From Candidatus Krumholzibacteriia bacterium (lineage in GTDB: Bacteria > Krumholzibacteriota > Krumholzibacteriia > WVZY01), in NCBI GenBank assembly GCA_036478295.1, contig JAZGDW010000175.1, positions 1-20,959 of the forward strand: DNA of 20,959 nt, read 5' to 3'. The translations under genes and the position numbers were made by a program. Below the pieces are notes generated by a model. That model worked only from the letters and a program-made list of their open reading frames with translations, had not been told where the DNA came from and did not search any database. This document shows positions 8,126 to 17,429 of this stretch, piece after piece (position 1 is the first letter of the stretch; each line of letters starts with the position of its first letter).

Positions 8126-8764
8126 ATGTTCTTCGGCTTTTGGAATTCGGCGCGTGCCAATAAAGAGAACATACTCTACGCAATCGTGACGGTGCTTCTT
8201 TTCGAGCGCGTGCGCACAGGATGGAACAAACTGGCATCGTCGGGCCGGCGCGACGGCCTGCCCGTGGAACGGGTCGAGAAGCGGCAGCGGCGGCTCGTGG
8301 TCAAGGCCTCACTGCTCTACGCTCTGCCGCTCCTGCTGCCGGTAATCAAGTACATCTATCGTTCCATCGAGGAGCTGGCGTGGAGCGTGCCGGGGCTGCT
8401 GGTCCTGAAGAGCACCTGGGCCTTCTGGGGACTGTTGCTCGTGACGGAGTGTTTTCTCGCCCTGGTTCTCTACCACCTGCTCAAGATCTACGTGGAACGG
8501 ATGAACGTTGCCATCGGTTTCTTCAAGGCCATGGGGCGAAACGTGGTGGACGGATTCCGGCCCGCGGTTCAGGTGAGCACCACCGTCGGAACGCGCACGG
8601 TCGCAGGTGTGCGCAAGCTGTCGACCAGCGCCCGTGCGACGTTGACCACCGGCGCCGCGTTGGGCAGGGGAGTGCTGCACCGGGCGTCGAAGGCGGTCAC
8701 GTCGTGGCGGTGGACGCGCCGCGTGGCCCGGGGCGCGGACGGCCTCGAAGGGAGCTGCTCATGA
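8126..8764 (+). CDS. Hypothetical membrane protein
   Basis: SD GGAGGT 8113-8118 before ATG 8126; about 3 hydrophobic segments and a basic amphipathic tail. Stop overlaps the next start (ATGA 8761-8764). Confidence 0.65.
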   Translation: MFFGFWNSARANKENILYAIVTVLLFERVRTGWNKLASSGRRDGLPVERVEKRQRRLVVKASLLYALPLLLPVIKYIYRSIEELAWSVPGLLVLKSTWAFWGLLLVTECFLALVLYHLLKIYVERMNVAIGFFKAMGRNVVDGFRPAVQVSTTVGTRTVAGVRKLSTSARATLTTGAALGRGVLHRASKAVTSWRWTRRVARGADGLEGSCS

Positions 8765-9639
8765 AAAGGCGATCGTTACCCTCTGTCTGCGCCGCGATGC
8801 TGCTCTGTGTCGCCGTGACCGCGCCCGCGCAGGATGTGGAGATCAAGATCACACGGGTCGCGGGAAATATCTACATGCTGGAAGGGTCGGGCGGTAACAT
8901 CGGCGTCTCCGTCGGCAAGGACGGCATTCTCATCGTCGACGATCAGTTCGCGCGGCTGGCGCCGAAGATCCGTGCCGCGCTCAAGGAGATCGGCGGCGGC
9001 GACCTGGAGTTTCTGCTCAACACGCACTGGCACGGTGACCACGTCGGCGGCAACGAGATTTTCGGCAAGGAAGCGACCATCATTGCACACGAAAACGTCC
9101 GCAAACGAATGGCGGTGGGTATGGAAACTCCGGAGCGTACCATCAAGCCCAGCCCGGAGGAGGCGCTGCCGATTATCACGTTCGGTTCGTCACTGTCAAT
9201 TCATTTCAATGGCGAGGAGATAAAGGCCATCCACTGGCCGCGGAGCCACACGGACGGCGACTGCGCGGTCTACTTCACAAAGTCCAACGTGGTACACATG
9301 GGCGATATTTTCTTCTCGGGCATGTTCCCCTTCGTCGACCTGGCCAGCGGGGGCGATGTGGACGGGCTCATCCGCACCGTCGAGACGGCTCTCGACGAAC
9401 TGCCGAAGGACGTGAAGATAGTTGTCGGTCACGGCCCGCTGTCGACGTACGAGGATCTAAAGACATACTATGATATGCTGCTCGAGACGACGGCGACGGT
9501 ACGCGCTCACATGAAGGACGGTAAGAGCCTGGAGCAAATCAAGGCCGCCGGACTGGGAGCGAGATGGGAATCGTGGAGCTGGAGCTTCATTCCCACCGAG
9601 AGGTGGATCGAGACCGTTTACACGCACTACTCGAAGTAA
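8761..9639 (+). CDS. Secreted MBL-fold metallo-hydrolase (cyclase-like)
   Basis: Signal peptide MKRRSLPSVCAAMLLCVAVTAPA/QD; metal motifs THWHGDH, HTDGD, GDIFF, GHG. The track's 8221 start is an over-extension. Confidence 0.93.
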   Translation: MKRRSLPSVCAAMLLCVAVTAPAQDVEIKITRVAGNIYMLEGSGGNIGVSVGKDGILIVDDQFARLAPKIRAALKEIGGGDLEFLLNTHWHGDHVGGNEIFGKEATIIAHENVRKRMAVGMETPERTIKPSPEEALPIITFGSSLSIHFNGEEIKAIHWPRSHTDGDCAVYFTKSNVVHMGDIFFSGMFPFVDLASGGDVDGLIRTVETALDELPKDVKIVVGHGPLSTYEDLKTYYDMLLETTATVRAHMKDGKSLEQIKAAGLGARWESWSWSFIPTERWIETVYTHYSK

Positions 9640-9727
9640 CCCGAGCAGCGTCCTGTCGACGCCGGCAGCGCCGTGCCATCGGGGTGCAAAGCGTCGTTAC
9701 CGCAACCGGCACAAAAAGGGGATCACG

Positions 9728-11452
9728 ATGAAAACACTACTCACACTCTTACTCATCCTGGGGGGCGCGATGGCACTCGCTTCTTGCTCAGACTCGGTCG
9801 CAGGCGATCAATCGTTCGAAAAACTCGCGGCCGACTTTATCCAGAAATACCTAGAAATGAATCCGGAAGCCGCGACCGCGCTTGGCGACCACCGCTACGA
9901 CAACCGTCTGAACGATTACAGTATGGCTGGAGTCAAGGAGAGCCTCGCGTTCAACAAGTTGACCCTCGGGGCGCTGGGGAAGATCGATCCCGCGAAACTG
10001 AGCGAAGCCAACCGCGTCGACTATTATATCCTGCGCAACCAGGTCGAGGAGACGATATTCCAGCTGGAGACGCTTCGCGAGCACGAGTGGAATCCGCTCG
10101 CTTACAACGTCGGTGGGGCCATCTACAACCTGCTCGTGCGTGATTTCGCGCCGCTCGAGGAGAGACTCCACAGCGTGAAGGAGCGCCTGAAACTGGTGCC
10201 AGAGGTCACCGCCCTGGCGAAGGCCAACTTGAAGAACCCGCCCAGGGTACACATCGAGACCGCCATCCGGCAGAACAAGGGGACCATCGGGCTGATACGC
10301 GATGAGCTGCAGACCTTTCTGGCGGACGTTCCTGAGCTCGTCGATGAATTCAAGCCGATTCAGACGCGGGCGGTGGCGGCGCTGGAATACTACGGTGACT
10401 GGCTGGAGCAGGACCTCCTGCCACGTGCCGATGGAGAATTCCGTTTGGGCGAGGAGAAATTTCGAAAAAAACTCCACTACGTTCTCGAGTCGGATCTAAC
10501 CATGGAGGAAATCCTCGAGCGGGCCGAAGCGGGACTCACGGCGACCCAGGACGAAATGCACAAGACGGCGCTGCCGCTCTATCAGAAATACACCGGCGGC
10601 GGCGGGGATGCCACGGACAAGAAGACCGTGATCAAGGCCGTCCTCGACAAGCTCGCCGAGTCGCATCCGAGCAACGAGTCCATTGTTGACCAGGCGAGGA
10701 AGTGTCTCGATGAGTGCACGCGGTTCACCACGGACAACAAACTCGTTACCGTTCCGGACGAACCGATCAATCTCATCGTGATGCCCGAATTCCAGCGCGG
10801 CGTGGCCGTGGCCTACTGCGACTCCCCGGGCCCGTTGGAACCGGAAGGGAAAACGTTCTACGCCATCTCACCCACGCCGGAAGACTGGGATGAAAACCGC
10901 GTCACCTCGTTCTTTCGCGAATACAACGACTACATGCTGCACGACCTGACGATTCACGAGGCCGTACCCGGACACTACCTGCAGCTGGCGCATTCCAACC
11001 GATTCAAGGCGCCGACCATGATCCGGTCGATTTTCTATAGCGGGCCTTTTGTCGAAGGGTGGGCGACGTACGCCGAGCAGGTGATGGCGGAAAAGGGATA
11101 CGGTGGTCCCGAGGTCAAGATGCAGCAGCTGAAGATGCACCTGCGCCTGGTGATCAACGCGATTATCGATCAGAAGATCCACACGGCGGGCATGACGGAA
11201 CAGCAGGCCATCGATCTCATGATAAACGAGGGGTTCCAGGAAGAAGGCGAGGCGGCGGGCAAGTGGCGCCGGGCGTGCATGACTTCCACGCAGCTCTCGA
11301 CGTACTTTGTCGGCAACATAGAGGTGAACTCCATTCGCGAAGCCTACGAAGAGAAGCACGGCAAGAGCGAAAGCTTAAGCACGATGCACGACAAGATGCT
11401 CTCGTTCGGGTCGCCGCCGACGAAGTACGTCAAACAACTCATGGGATTGTAG
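9728..11452 (+). CDS. DUF885 domain lipoprotein (putative metallopeptidase-like)
   Basis: Lipobox LASC; PEAATALG, HEAVPGHYLQ and FVEGWATYAE motifs. Confidence 0.92.
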   Translation: MKTLLTLLLILGGAMALASCSDSVAGDQSFEKLAADFIQKYLEMNPEAATALGDHRYDNRLNDYSMAGVKESLAFNKLTLGALGKIDPAKLSEANRVDYYILRNQVEETIFQLETLREHEWNPLAYNVGGAIYNLLVRDFAPLEERLHSVKERLKLVPEVTALAKANLKNPPRVHIETAIRQNKGTIGLIRDELQTFLADVPELVDEFKPIQTRAVAALEYYGDWLEQDLLPRADGEFRLGEEKFRKKLHYVLESDLTMEEILERAEAGLTATQDEMHKTALPLYQKYTGGGGDATDKKTVIKAVLDKLAESHPSNESIVDQARKCLDECTRFTTDNKLVTVPDEPINLIVMPEFQRGVAVAYCDSPGPLEPEGKTFYAISPTPEDWDENRVTSFFREYNDYMLHDLTIHEAVPGHYLQLAHSNRFKAPTMIRSIFYSGPFVEGWATYAEQVMAEKGYGGPEVKMQQLKMHLRLVINAIIDQKIHTAGMTEQQAIDLMINEGFQEEGEAAGKWRRACMTSTQLSTYFVGNIEVNSIREAYEEKHGKSESLSTMHDKMLSFGSPPTKYVKQLMGL

Positions 11453-11531
11453 AGGTTGGCGTAGTATAATATAGCCGGTCAATCATCTCTTTTCCCCGCT
11501 CTCGATTCACAGGTTCAGGAGGGCTCGCGTC

Positions 11532-13673
11532 GTGTATGGGGCGTTGCGACAGCGTTTTTTGTTTGCTCGTTCCTCGCCGGTCGCGTGCAGCGCCCTGCTG
11601 CCCGTCTCCCTCGCCTCGGCCATGATCGTCCTGGCATATCCGCCGCTTGCAATCGGCGGCACCGGGGGCCGCGCAGCGCGAAGCGCTCTCCCGAGCACTT
11701 TCATCGAGGTGTCGGCGAGCCTCGGCATCAGCGTAACGCCGACGGGCGACCGCGCGGACTGGGGACACGGTGCCGCGTTCTGCGACTACGATAACGACAA
11801 CGATCTCGATCTCTACGTGGTGATGGGCGCGGGCCAACCCAACCGCCTCTTCGAAAACCGGGGGGCCGCGGGCTTCGTCGATGTGGCCGTCGCCGCCGGT
11901 GTGGCCGATGCGGCGAACGGCCGTGCGGTGGTGTGGGCGGACTACGACAACGACGGTGACAAGGACATATTCGTTTCCAATTACCTGGCTCCGAGCCGCC
12001 TGTACAGCAACAACGGTGACGGCACTTTTACGAACATAGCGGCGTCGGCCGGCATCGATGCGGTCGCCAGGTCCCATTCAGCGGCCTGGGCGGACTACGA
12101 CAACGACGGGCATCTGGACCTCTTCGTGGGCAACTATGGCATCGTGGCGGCGGCCGATCCGAACTACCTCTATTATAATAACGGCGACAGCACTTTCACC
12201 GAGGTCGCGGCGGATGCGGGTGTTGCCGATTCCACCAGGCCTGCCCTGGCGTGCACCTGGGTCGATTATGATAACGACAACGATCTCGATCTCTATATCG
12301 CCTACGACAAGCTCGCGGGAAACGCACTGTACGAGAACGACGGCCTCGGCAACTTCACCGACGTATCTGCCGCCTCCAACAGCAACATTGCCTTCAACGC
12401 CATGGGCATCGCCGTCGGTGACTACGATCGCAACGGATATTTCGACATGTACGTCACCAACACGCCCGAGGGCAACGAACTGCTGCATAACAACGGTAAC
12501 AAGACCTTCAATCACGCTGCCGCAGGTCTCGGTGTGACCGTCAACAAGATAGGATGGGGGACGGCATTTCTGGACTACGACAACGACGGGGATGAGGACC
12601 TGTACGTGATGAACTTCTCCGCGGCCAGCCCGCCGGTAAACGCCGGCAACGTTCTCTTGCGCAACGATGGGGGCGCCTTCACCGACGTCTCGGTGGGTTC
12701 CGGCGCGGACGACGACGATTCCGGTTTTGCCGTCACCACGGGGGACTTCAACAACGACGGCTACTTGGATATTTTTGTGAACAACCAGAACCACCCCTCG
12801 AAGCTCTACCAATGCGTGCCCGGTACTTTCAACTGGCTCAAGATAAAGACGGTCGGGACGATCGGCAACCGCGACGGTATCGGCGCGAAGATACGCGTGG
12901 TCACGGGTGGGCTGAAGCAGCTCAAAGACGTGCGGTCCGGATCGAGTTACCTGTCCGGCTTGAGTCCGGAGGTGGAGTTCGGAGTGGGCACGGCGTCTAA
13001 CATTGATTCGGTCGAGGTTACCTGGCCGTCCGGTTTACGTGACCTGTACCTGGACGTGGCGCCGAACCAATTCCTGGTCGTGACCGAGGGTTCGACACTC
13101 AGGCCGGTGCCCGTGTTCATCACCCGTTTCCTGGCGAACCCCGCCTCCGGCGGCATCGAGCTGTCGTGGGAGATATTGAGCGACGAGGCGATCAGCGGGT
13201 TCCGCGTGTACCGCAGGCAGCCGGGCAACCTCGCGGAGACCCTTCTCAACCGGAACGGGCTCTTGAATCCGCTCGAACGCCGCTACGTCGACCGCGAGGT
13301 GCAGCCCGGGCAGCGGTACGAGTACGCGCTCGCTGTAATCCAGGCAGACGGCTCCGAGCTGCGCTCGTTGCTGGTCCGGGTTACGGCGACCGGCCGGCAT
13401 TTCCGGCTCGAGCAGAACTTCCCCAATCCCTTCAATCCCACGACGACCATCCGCTTTGCCCTGGATGCGAAGGATCACGTGCTGCTGACGGTGTTCGACG
13501 TCGAAGGCCGGCGCGTGGCGACCCTGGCCGACGAGGTGCGTTCGCCCGGCCCGCACGAGGTCACCTGGAACGGTCGCAACCAGGCAGGCCACCGTGTGAG
13601 CACCGGCATCTATTTCTATCGCCTGCAGGCAGGCGAGCGGCGGCTCACCAGCAAGATGATTCTCCTCAAGTGA
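11532..13673 (+). CDS. Secreted FG-GAP/VCBS repeat and ASPIC/UnbV (CRTAC1-like) protein with C-terminal FlgD-Ig/T9SS-type domain
   Basis: Repeated D[YF][DN].[DN]..D[LI] Ca-binding motifs; NRDGIGAKIRV...GSSYLS...FG.G...V.WPSG; tail QNFPNPFNPTTTIRF...FDVEGRRV...WNG.N..G..VSTGIYFYRL...KMILLK. SD AGGAGG at 11517-11522. Confidence 0.92.
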   Translation: MYGALRQRFLFARSSPVACSALLPVSLASAMIVLAYPPLAIGGTGGRAARSALPSTFIEVSASLGISVTPTGDRADWGHGAAFCDYDNDNDLDLYVVMGAGQPNRLFENRGAAGFVDVAVAAGVADAANGRAVVWADYDNDGDKDIFVSNYLAPSRLYSNNGDGTFTNIAASAGIDAVARSHSAAWADYDNDGHLDLFVGNYGIVAAADPNYLYYNNGDSTFTEVAADAGVADSTRPALACTWVDYDNDNDLDLYIAYDKLAGNALYENDGLGNFTDVSAASNSNIAFNAMGIAVGDYDRNGYFDMYVTNTPEGNELLHNNGNKTFNHAAAGLGVTVNKIGWGTAFLDYDNDGDEDLYVMNFSAASPPVNAGNVLLRNDGGAFTDVSVGSGADDDDSGFAVTTGDFNNDGYLDIFVNNQNHPSKLYQCVPGTFNWLKIKTVGTIGNRDGIGAKIRVVTGGLKQLKDVRSGSSYLSGLSPEVEFGVGTASNIDSVEVTWPSGLRDLYLDVAPNQFLVVTEGSTLRPVPVFITRFLANPASGGIELSWEILSDEAISGFRVYRRQPGNLAETLLNRNGLLNPLERRYVDREVQPGQRYEYALAVIQADGSELRSLLVRVTATGRHFRLEQNFPNPFNPTTTIRFALDAKDHVLLTVFDVEGRRVATLADEVRSPGPHEVTWNGRNQAGHRVSTGIYFYRLQAGERRLTSKMILLK

Positions 13674-13918
13674 GTGCCCAGCTAAGGGCGTGTTGTTCTT
13701 GTCGGCTGAAAGGTGCCGGCCGGGCGGCGGCACCGTGACGGGGGCGAATTAGTGGAATTTTTCACTTTCTCCCCCTCGCGAATCGTGTTATTTTACCCTG
13801 AGCTATCCTGAACCGGCACTTATAACCAACATTTATTCAGCGAGTTACCCCGGTGTTCCCCGTTGGGGGCGCCGGCGCGCCAAAATGATGAAAGTTCCCG
13901 AGGAGGCGACGAGAGGCG

Positions 13919-15118
13919 ATGACCGAAGCAGGCAAAGCGATCATAATCGGTGTTCCGAAAGAGACATTTCCCGGTGAACGTCGGGTCGCTTTGATTCCCG
14001 ATGTAATTCCCGGTCTGAAAAAAGCGGGCGCCGAGGTTCGAGTCGAAGCGGGAGCGGGCGTCGAAGCGAGCATTACCGATGCGGCCTTTTCCGAAAAAGG
14101 TGCGACCGTTGTCTCGAGTCGCGATGAACTTTTCAAAAGCGCCGACGCGATTCTGCAGGTGAGAACGTTCGGCGCCAACCCGGAGGGAGGCCGCTCCGAC
14201 TTGGACAGGTTGCAGAAGGGGCAGATGGTAATCGGCTTCACCGAATCCCTCGGTGAGCCCGAGCTTTCGAAAGAACTCGCGGCGTCGGGTGCGATGCTTT
14301 TTTCCCTCGAGTTGCTGCCGCGTATAACGCGCGCACAGAGCATGGACGTTCTCTCGTCGATGGCGACCATCGCCGGATACAAGGCGGTGCTCATCGCCGC
14401 GGAGCTCCTGCCGCGGATGTTTCCCATGCTTATGACGGCGGCCGGAACCGTTGCGCCCGCGAGGGCGTTTGTTATCGGCGCCGGCGTGGCCGGGCTGCAG
14501 GCCATTGCCACCGCGAAGAGACTCGGCGCGGTGGTCAGCGCCTACGACGTTCGCCCGGCGGTTAAGGAACAGGTGGAGAGTCTCGGCGCCAAGTTCGTGG
14601 AGTTGGAGATCGAAGCCGGCGAGTCGGAGGACAAGGGCGGTTACGCCAAGGCAATGGATGAGGAATTCTACGCCAGGCAGCGCGAGCTCATGGCCCGTGT
14701 GGTCGCGAAGAACAACGTGGTCATAACAACCGCCGCCATTCCCGGCAAGAAGTCGCCGGTGCTCATAACAAAGGAAATGGTCGCGGGCATGTCGCCCGGC
14801 TCGGTCATCGTGGACCTCGCTGCCGAGCGGGGAGGCAACTGCGAGCTCACACGGGCCGGCGAAACCATCGTCTCCGGTGGGGTTACAATCACCGGCCCGC
14901 TCAATCTCGCCTCGACGATTCCGTATCATGCCAGCCAGATGTATGCGAAGAACATCAGCACGTTCTTTCTCAACATGGTGAAAGAGGGTGAGGTACGGCT
15001 CGACATGGAAGACGAGATTGTCCGTGACACTCTGGTCACCAAGGACGGCGAGGTGGTCCAGCCGCGCGTTCGTGAATTGCTGGGTCTTGGTCAGGCCGAA
15101 GTAGCAGAAGGGAGTTAG
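13919..15118 (+). CDS. pntAA: NAD(P) transhydrogenase subunit alpha, part 1 (dI, NAD(H)-binding)
   Basis: GVPKETFPGERRVALIP, RAQSMDVLSS, GAGVAGLQAI, GGYAK, VDLAAERGGNC. Confidence 0.97.
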   Translation: MTEAGKAIIIGVPKETFPGERRVALIPDVIPGLKKAGAEVRVEAGAGVEASITDAAFSEKGATVVSSRDELFKSADAILQVRTFGANPEGGRSDLDRLQKGQMVIGFTESLGEPELSKELAASGAMLFSLELLPRITRAQSMDVLSSMATIAGYKAVLIAAELLPRMFPMLMTAAGTVAPARAFVIGAGVAGLQAIATAKRLGAVVSAYDVRPAVKEQVESLGAKFVELEIEAGESEDKGGYAKAMDEEFYARQRELMARVVAKNNVVITTAAIPGKKSPVLITKEMVAGMSPGSVIVDLAAERGGNCELTRAGETIVSGGVTITGPLNLASTIPYHASQMYAKNISTFFLNMVKEGEVRLDMEDEIVRDTLVTKDGEVVQPRVRELLGLGQAEVAEGS

Positions 15119-15123
15119 CAACA

Positions 15124-15402
15124 GTGGAAGCTCTGGTCATAACCGTTACTATTTTTGTACTCGCGATTTTTGTGGGGTTCGAGGTGATTACCAAGGTACC
15201 CCCGACCCTGCACACGCCGCTCATGTCGGGATCGAACGCCATTTCGGGTATCACCCTGATCGGCGCCATCCTTTCCGCCGGTTCCCAGCAAACGACGCTC
15301 ACCACCATTCTGGGTTTCACGGCGGTGGTGTTCGCGACGGTCAACGTCGTGGGCGGGTTTCTGGTAACGAATCGCATGTTGAAAATGTTCAGACGCAAGT
15401 AA
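15124..15402 (+). CDS. pntAB: NAD(P) transhydrogenase subunit alpha, part 2 (membrane)
   Basis: VPPTLHTPLMSGSNAISG, NVVGGFLVTNRMLKMF; GTG start with GGAG SD. Confidence 0.97.
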   Translation: MEALVITVTIFVLAIFVGFEVITKVPPTLHTPLMSGSNAISGITLIGAILSAGSQQTTLTTILGFTAVVFATVNVVGGFLVTNRMLKMFRRK

Positions 15403-15524
15403 CCGCCTCGCCGGCCGGCGGCGGTATAACGGCGATTGGAGCCGGCGCGGTACGGGCCGCGGCCAAGGTCGCCCGGTTGCCAACACCAGACGGCGGCACT
15501 CTTTAATTTGCAAAGGAAACGAAC

Positions 15525-16919
15525 ATGCAGGGTGCAGCAATCAATTTGACCTACCTGGTAGCATCGGTGCTCTTCATTATGGGACTGAAAGGGCTCGGCC
15601 ATCCGCGCACCGCAGTCCGCGGCAACCTGCTTGGCGCCGTGGGAATGTTTTTGGCCATCGTGGTGACGTTGATCGATCGCCGCGTGTTGTCCTTCGAGGT
15701 GATTATTGCCGGCGTGGTCGTCGGGGCGCTGGTCGGCTCCATCCTCGCCGTCAAGATACAGATGACTGCCATGCCGCAGCTCGTGGCCCTTTTCAACGGC
15801 TTCGGCGGCGGCGCGTCGGTACTGGTGGCCGGGGCGGCGCTCATCGAGGCCGGCGTGATCAGCGGCGGTTCGCTGTCGTCGCAACTGGCCGTCGCCACCG
15901 TGGCGACTGGGCTTATCGGCGCGGTGACGTTCTGGGGCAGTCTCGTCGCCTTCGGCAAACTACAGGAAGTGATCTCGGGCAACGCCATTCATTTTCCCGC
16001 GCATCAGGTGGTTAACACGATCCTCGTCGCCGCCTGTCTGGCGGTCGGTGTGATGATCGTGAGGGACCCGTCCGCCACGATGCTCTACTGGGTGCTGGTC
16101 GGCCTCTCGTCGGTCCTGGGTGTGTTGCTGGTGATTCGTATCGGCGGGGCAGATATGCCGGTCGTCATCGCGCTCCTCAACTCGTACTCAGGTCTGGCGG
16201 CGGCGGCCACGGGATTCGTGCTGTCGAACAACGTGCTCATTATCGCCGGGTCGCTCGTCGGCGCGTCAGGACTCATTCTCAGCAATATCATGTGCAAGGC
16301 GATGAACCGCTCGCTGACCAATGTGCTCTTCGGCAAGCTCGCCCCCGCGGCGGGGTCGGCGACGGCAGATGAGGTTTACGCCGGCAAGGTCAAATCCACG
16401 TCGGCCGAAGAGGTCGCGATGCTCTTCGATACGGCACAGCGCGTCGTCTTCGTCCCCGGCTACGGCATGGCGGTGGCGCAGGCGCAGCACGCGGTGCGGG
16501 ACCTGGCCAACCTGCTCGAGTCCAAAGGTATCACAGTGGAATTTGCCATTCACCCGGTAGCCGGCCGCATGCCGGGACATATGAACGTGCTTTTGGCAGA
16601 GGCAAACGTCGAGTACGACAAGCTCAAGGAATTGGACGAGATCAACCCGACCATGGACCAGGTGGACGTCGCCATCGTCGTCGGCGCCAACGACGTGGTC
16701 AACCCCGTCGCCAAGACCGACCCCAAGAGCCCCATCGCGGGCATGCCCATTATCGAGGTGGACAAGGCACGGACGAGTGTCGTCATCAAGCGGAGTTTGA
16801 GTCCGGGTTTCGCCGGGATTCCGAATCCGTTGTTCGCGGCGGACAACAACCTGATGTTTTTTGGCGACGGCAAGAAGGCCATTCTCGAACTGATCGCCGC
16901 TGTCAAGGAGGCGGCTTGA
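15525..16919 (+). CDS. pntB: NAD(P) transhydrogenase subunit beta
   Basis: MTAMPQLVALFNG, GGADMPVVIALLNSYSG, PGYGMAVAQAQ, HPVAGRMPGHMNVLLAEA, GANDVVNP. Confidence 0.98.
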   Translation: MQGAAINLTYLVASVLFIMGLKGLGHPRTAVRGNLLGAVGMFLAIVVTLIDRRVLSFEVIIAGVVVGALVGSILAVKIQMTAMPQLVALFNGFGGGASVLVAGAALIEAGVISGGSLSSQLAVATVATGLIGAVTFWGSLVAFGKLQEVISGNAIHFPAHQVVNTILVAACLAVGVMIVRDPSATMLYWVLVGLSSVLGVLLVIRIGGADMPVVIALLNSYSGLAAAATGFVLSNNVLIIAGSLVGASGLILSNIMCKAMNRSLTNVLFGKLAPAAGSATADEVYAGKVKSTSAEEVAMLFDTAQRVVFVPGYGMAVAQAQHAVRDLANLLESKGITVEFAIHPVAGRMPGHMNVLLAEANVEYDKLKELDEINPTMDQVDVAIVVGANDVVNPVAKTDPKSPIAGMPIIEVDKARTSVVIKRSLSPGFAGIPNPLFAADNNLMFFGDGKKAILELIAAVKEAA

Positions 16920-16930
16920 CCGGAAGCGGG

Positions 16931-16960
16931 TTGAATCCCGCGGCGGTATTTCGTTATTAT
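16931..16960 (+). promoter_or_regulatory. Possible sigma70 promoter for the Rieske-ychF-rlmI cluster
   Basis: TTGAAT (16931-16936), 18 bp spacer, TATTAT (16955-16960). Confidence 0.35.
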
Positions 16961-17018
16961 GGCGGCGGTGTCGGATCATAGTGACGTGATCGGCGCCCGC
17001 GAGACGCGAGAGGTGCGT

Positions 17019-17324
17019 ATGAAGATCAAGGTCTGCAAGACCGCGGATATCCCGGCGGACGGCATGAAGTCTTTTGACATCGAGGGGTCCCCCGTCCTTG
17101 TTGCCAACGTGGGCGGCACATTCTATGCCATCGCGGACACCTGCTCACACGCGATGGCGTACCTGTCGGAAGGCGAGCTCCTCGAAGACTGCCGTGTGCA
17201 ATGTCCGGATCACGCAGCCGTATTCGACCTCAAGACGGGGGAAGCACTCGAGCTCCCCGCCGTAGCGCCCGTTGAAAGCTACCCGTTGAGCGTCGAGGGC
17301 GAAGATCTCTTCATCGAAAAATAG
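17019..17324 (+). CDS. Rieske [2Fe-2S] ferredoxin (dioxygenase ferredoxin subunit type)
   Basis: CSH...LSEG...VQCPDHAAVFDLKTG...PA; SD GAGGT before ATG 17019. Confidence 0.94.
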   Translation: MKIKVCKTADIPADGMKSFDIEGSPVLVANVGGTFYAIADTCSHAMAYLSEGELLEDCRVQCPDHAAVFDLKTGEALELPAVAPVESYPLSVEGEDLFIEK

Positions 17325-17429
17325 GCCGCGCCTGACCGACTCCTGCACGTATCGAACAGAACCGCCGTTGCTACGTTGTCGAGTGCGTGGAGCCGGCGGT
17401 TTCCTCTTGGGTCCTTGGGGAGGACTGCC

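Noticed and set aside
7909..8163. 84-aa ORF after the RND gene as a small accessory subunit
   Set aside because: TTG start with no SD, Pro-rich non-conserved-looking sequence, and it overlaps a promoter and the next gene's start.
8221..8760. N-terminal 180-aa extension of the MBL hydrolase in the ORF track
   Set aside because: Low-complexity off-frame read of the upstream gene; a clear signal peptide and ATGA overlap define the start at 8761.
11780..12780. Recurrent GACTACGA(C/T)AACGAC DNA repeats as a CRISPR or repeat array
   Set aside because: They are in-frame codons for the DYDND motifs of FG-GAP repeats.
13712..13734. Intrinsic terminator after the FG-GAP gene
   Set aside because: A GGTGCCG/CGGCACC stem exists but has no following U-tract.
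13820..15121. 433-aa antisense ORF over pntAA, and similar long antisense ORFs over the RND, FG-GAP and pntB genes
   Set aside because: Typical shadow ORFs of high-GC coding sequence with no independent motifs.
13919..16919. Split pntA as a frameshift or novelty
   Set aside because: Three-subunit transhydrogenases (e.g. Rhodospirillum rubrum, Thermus) are well known, and pntAB has its own SD and start.
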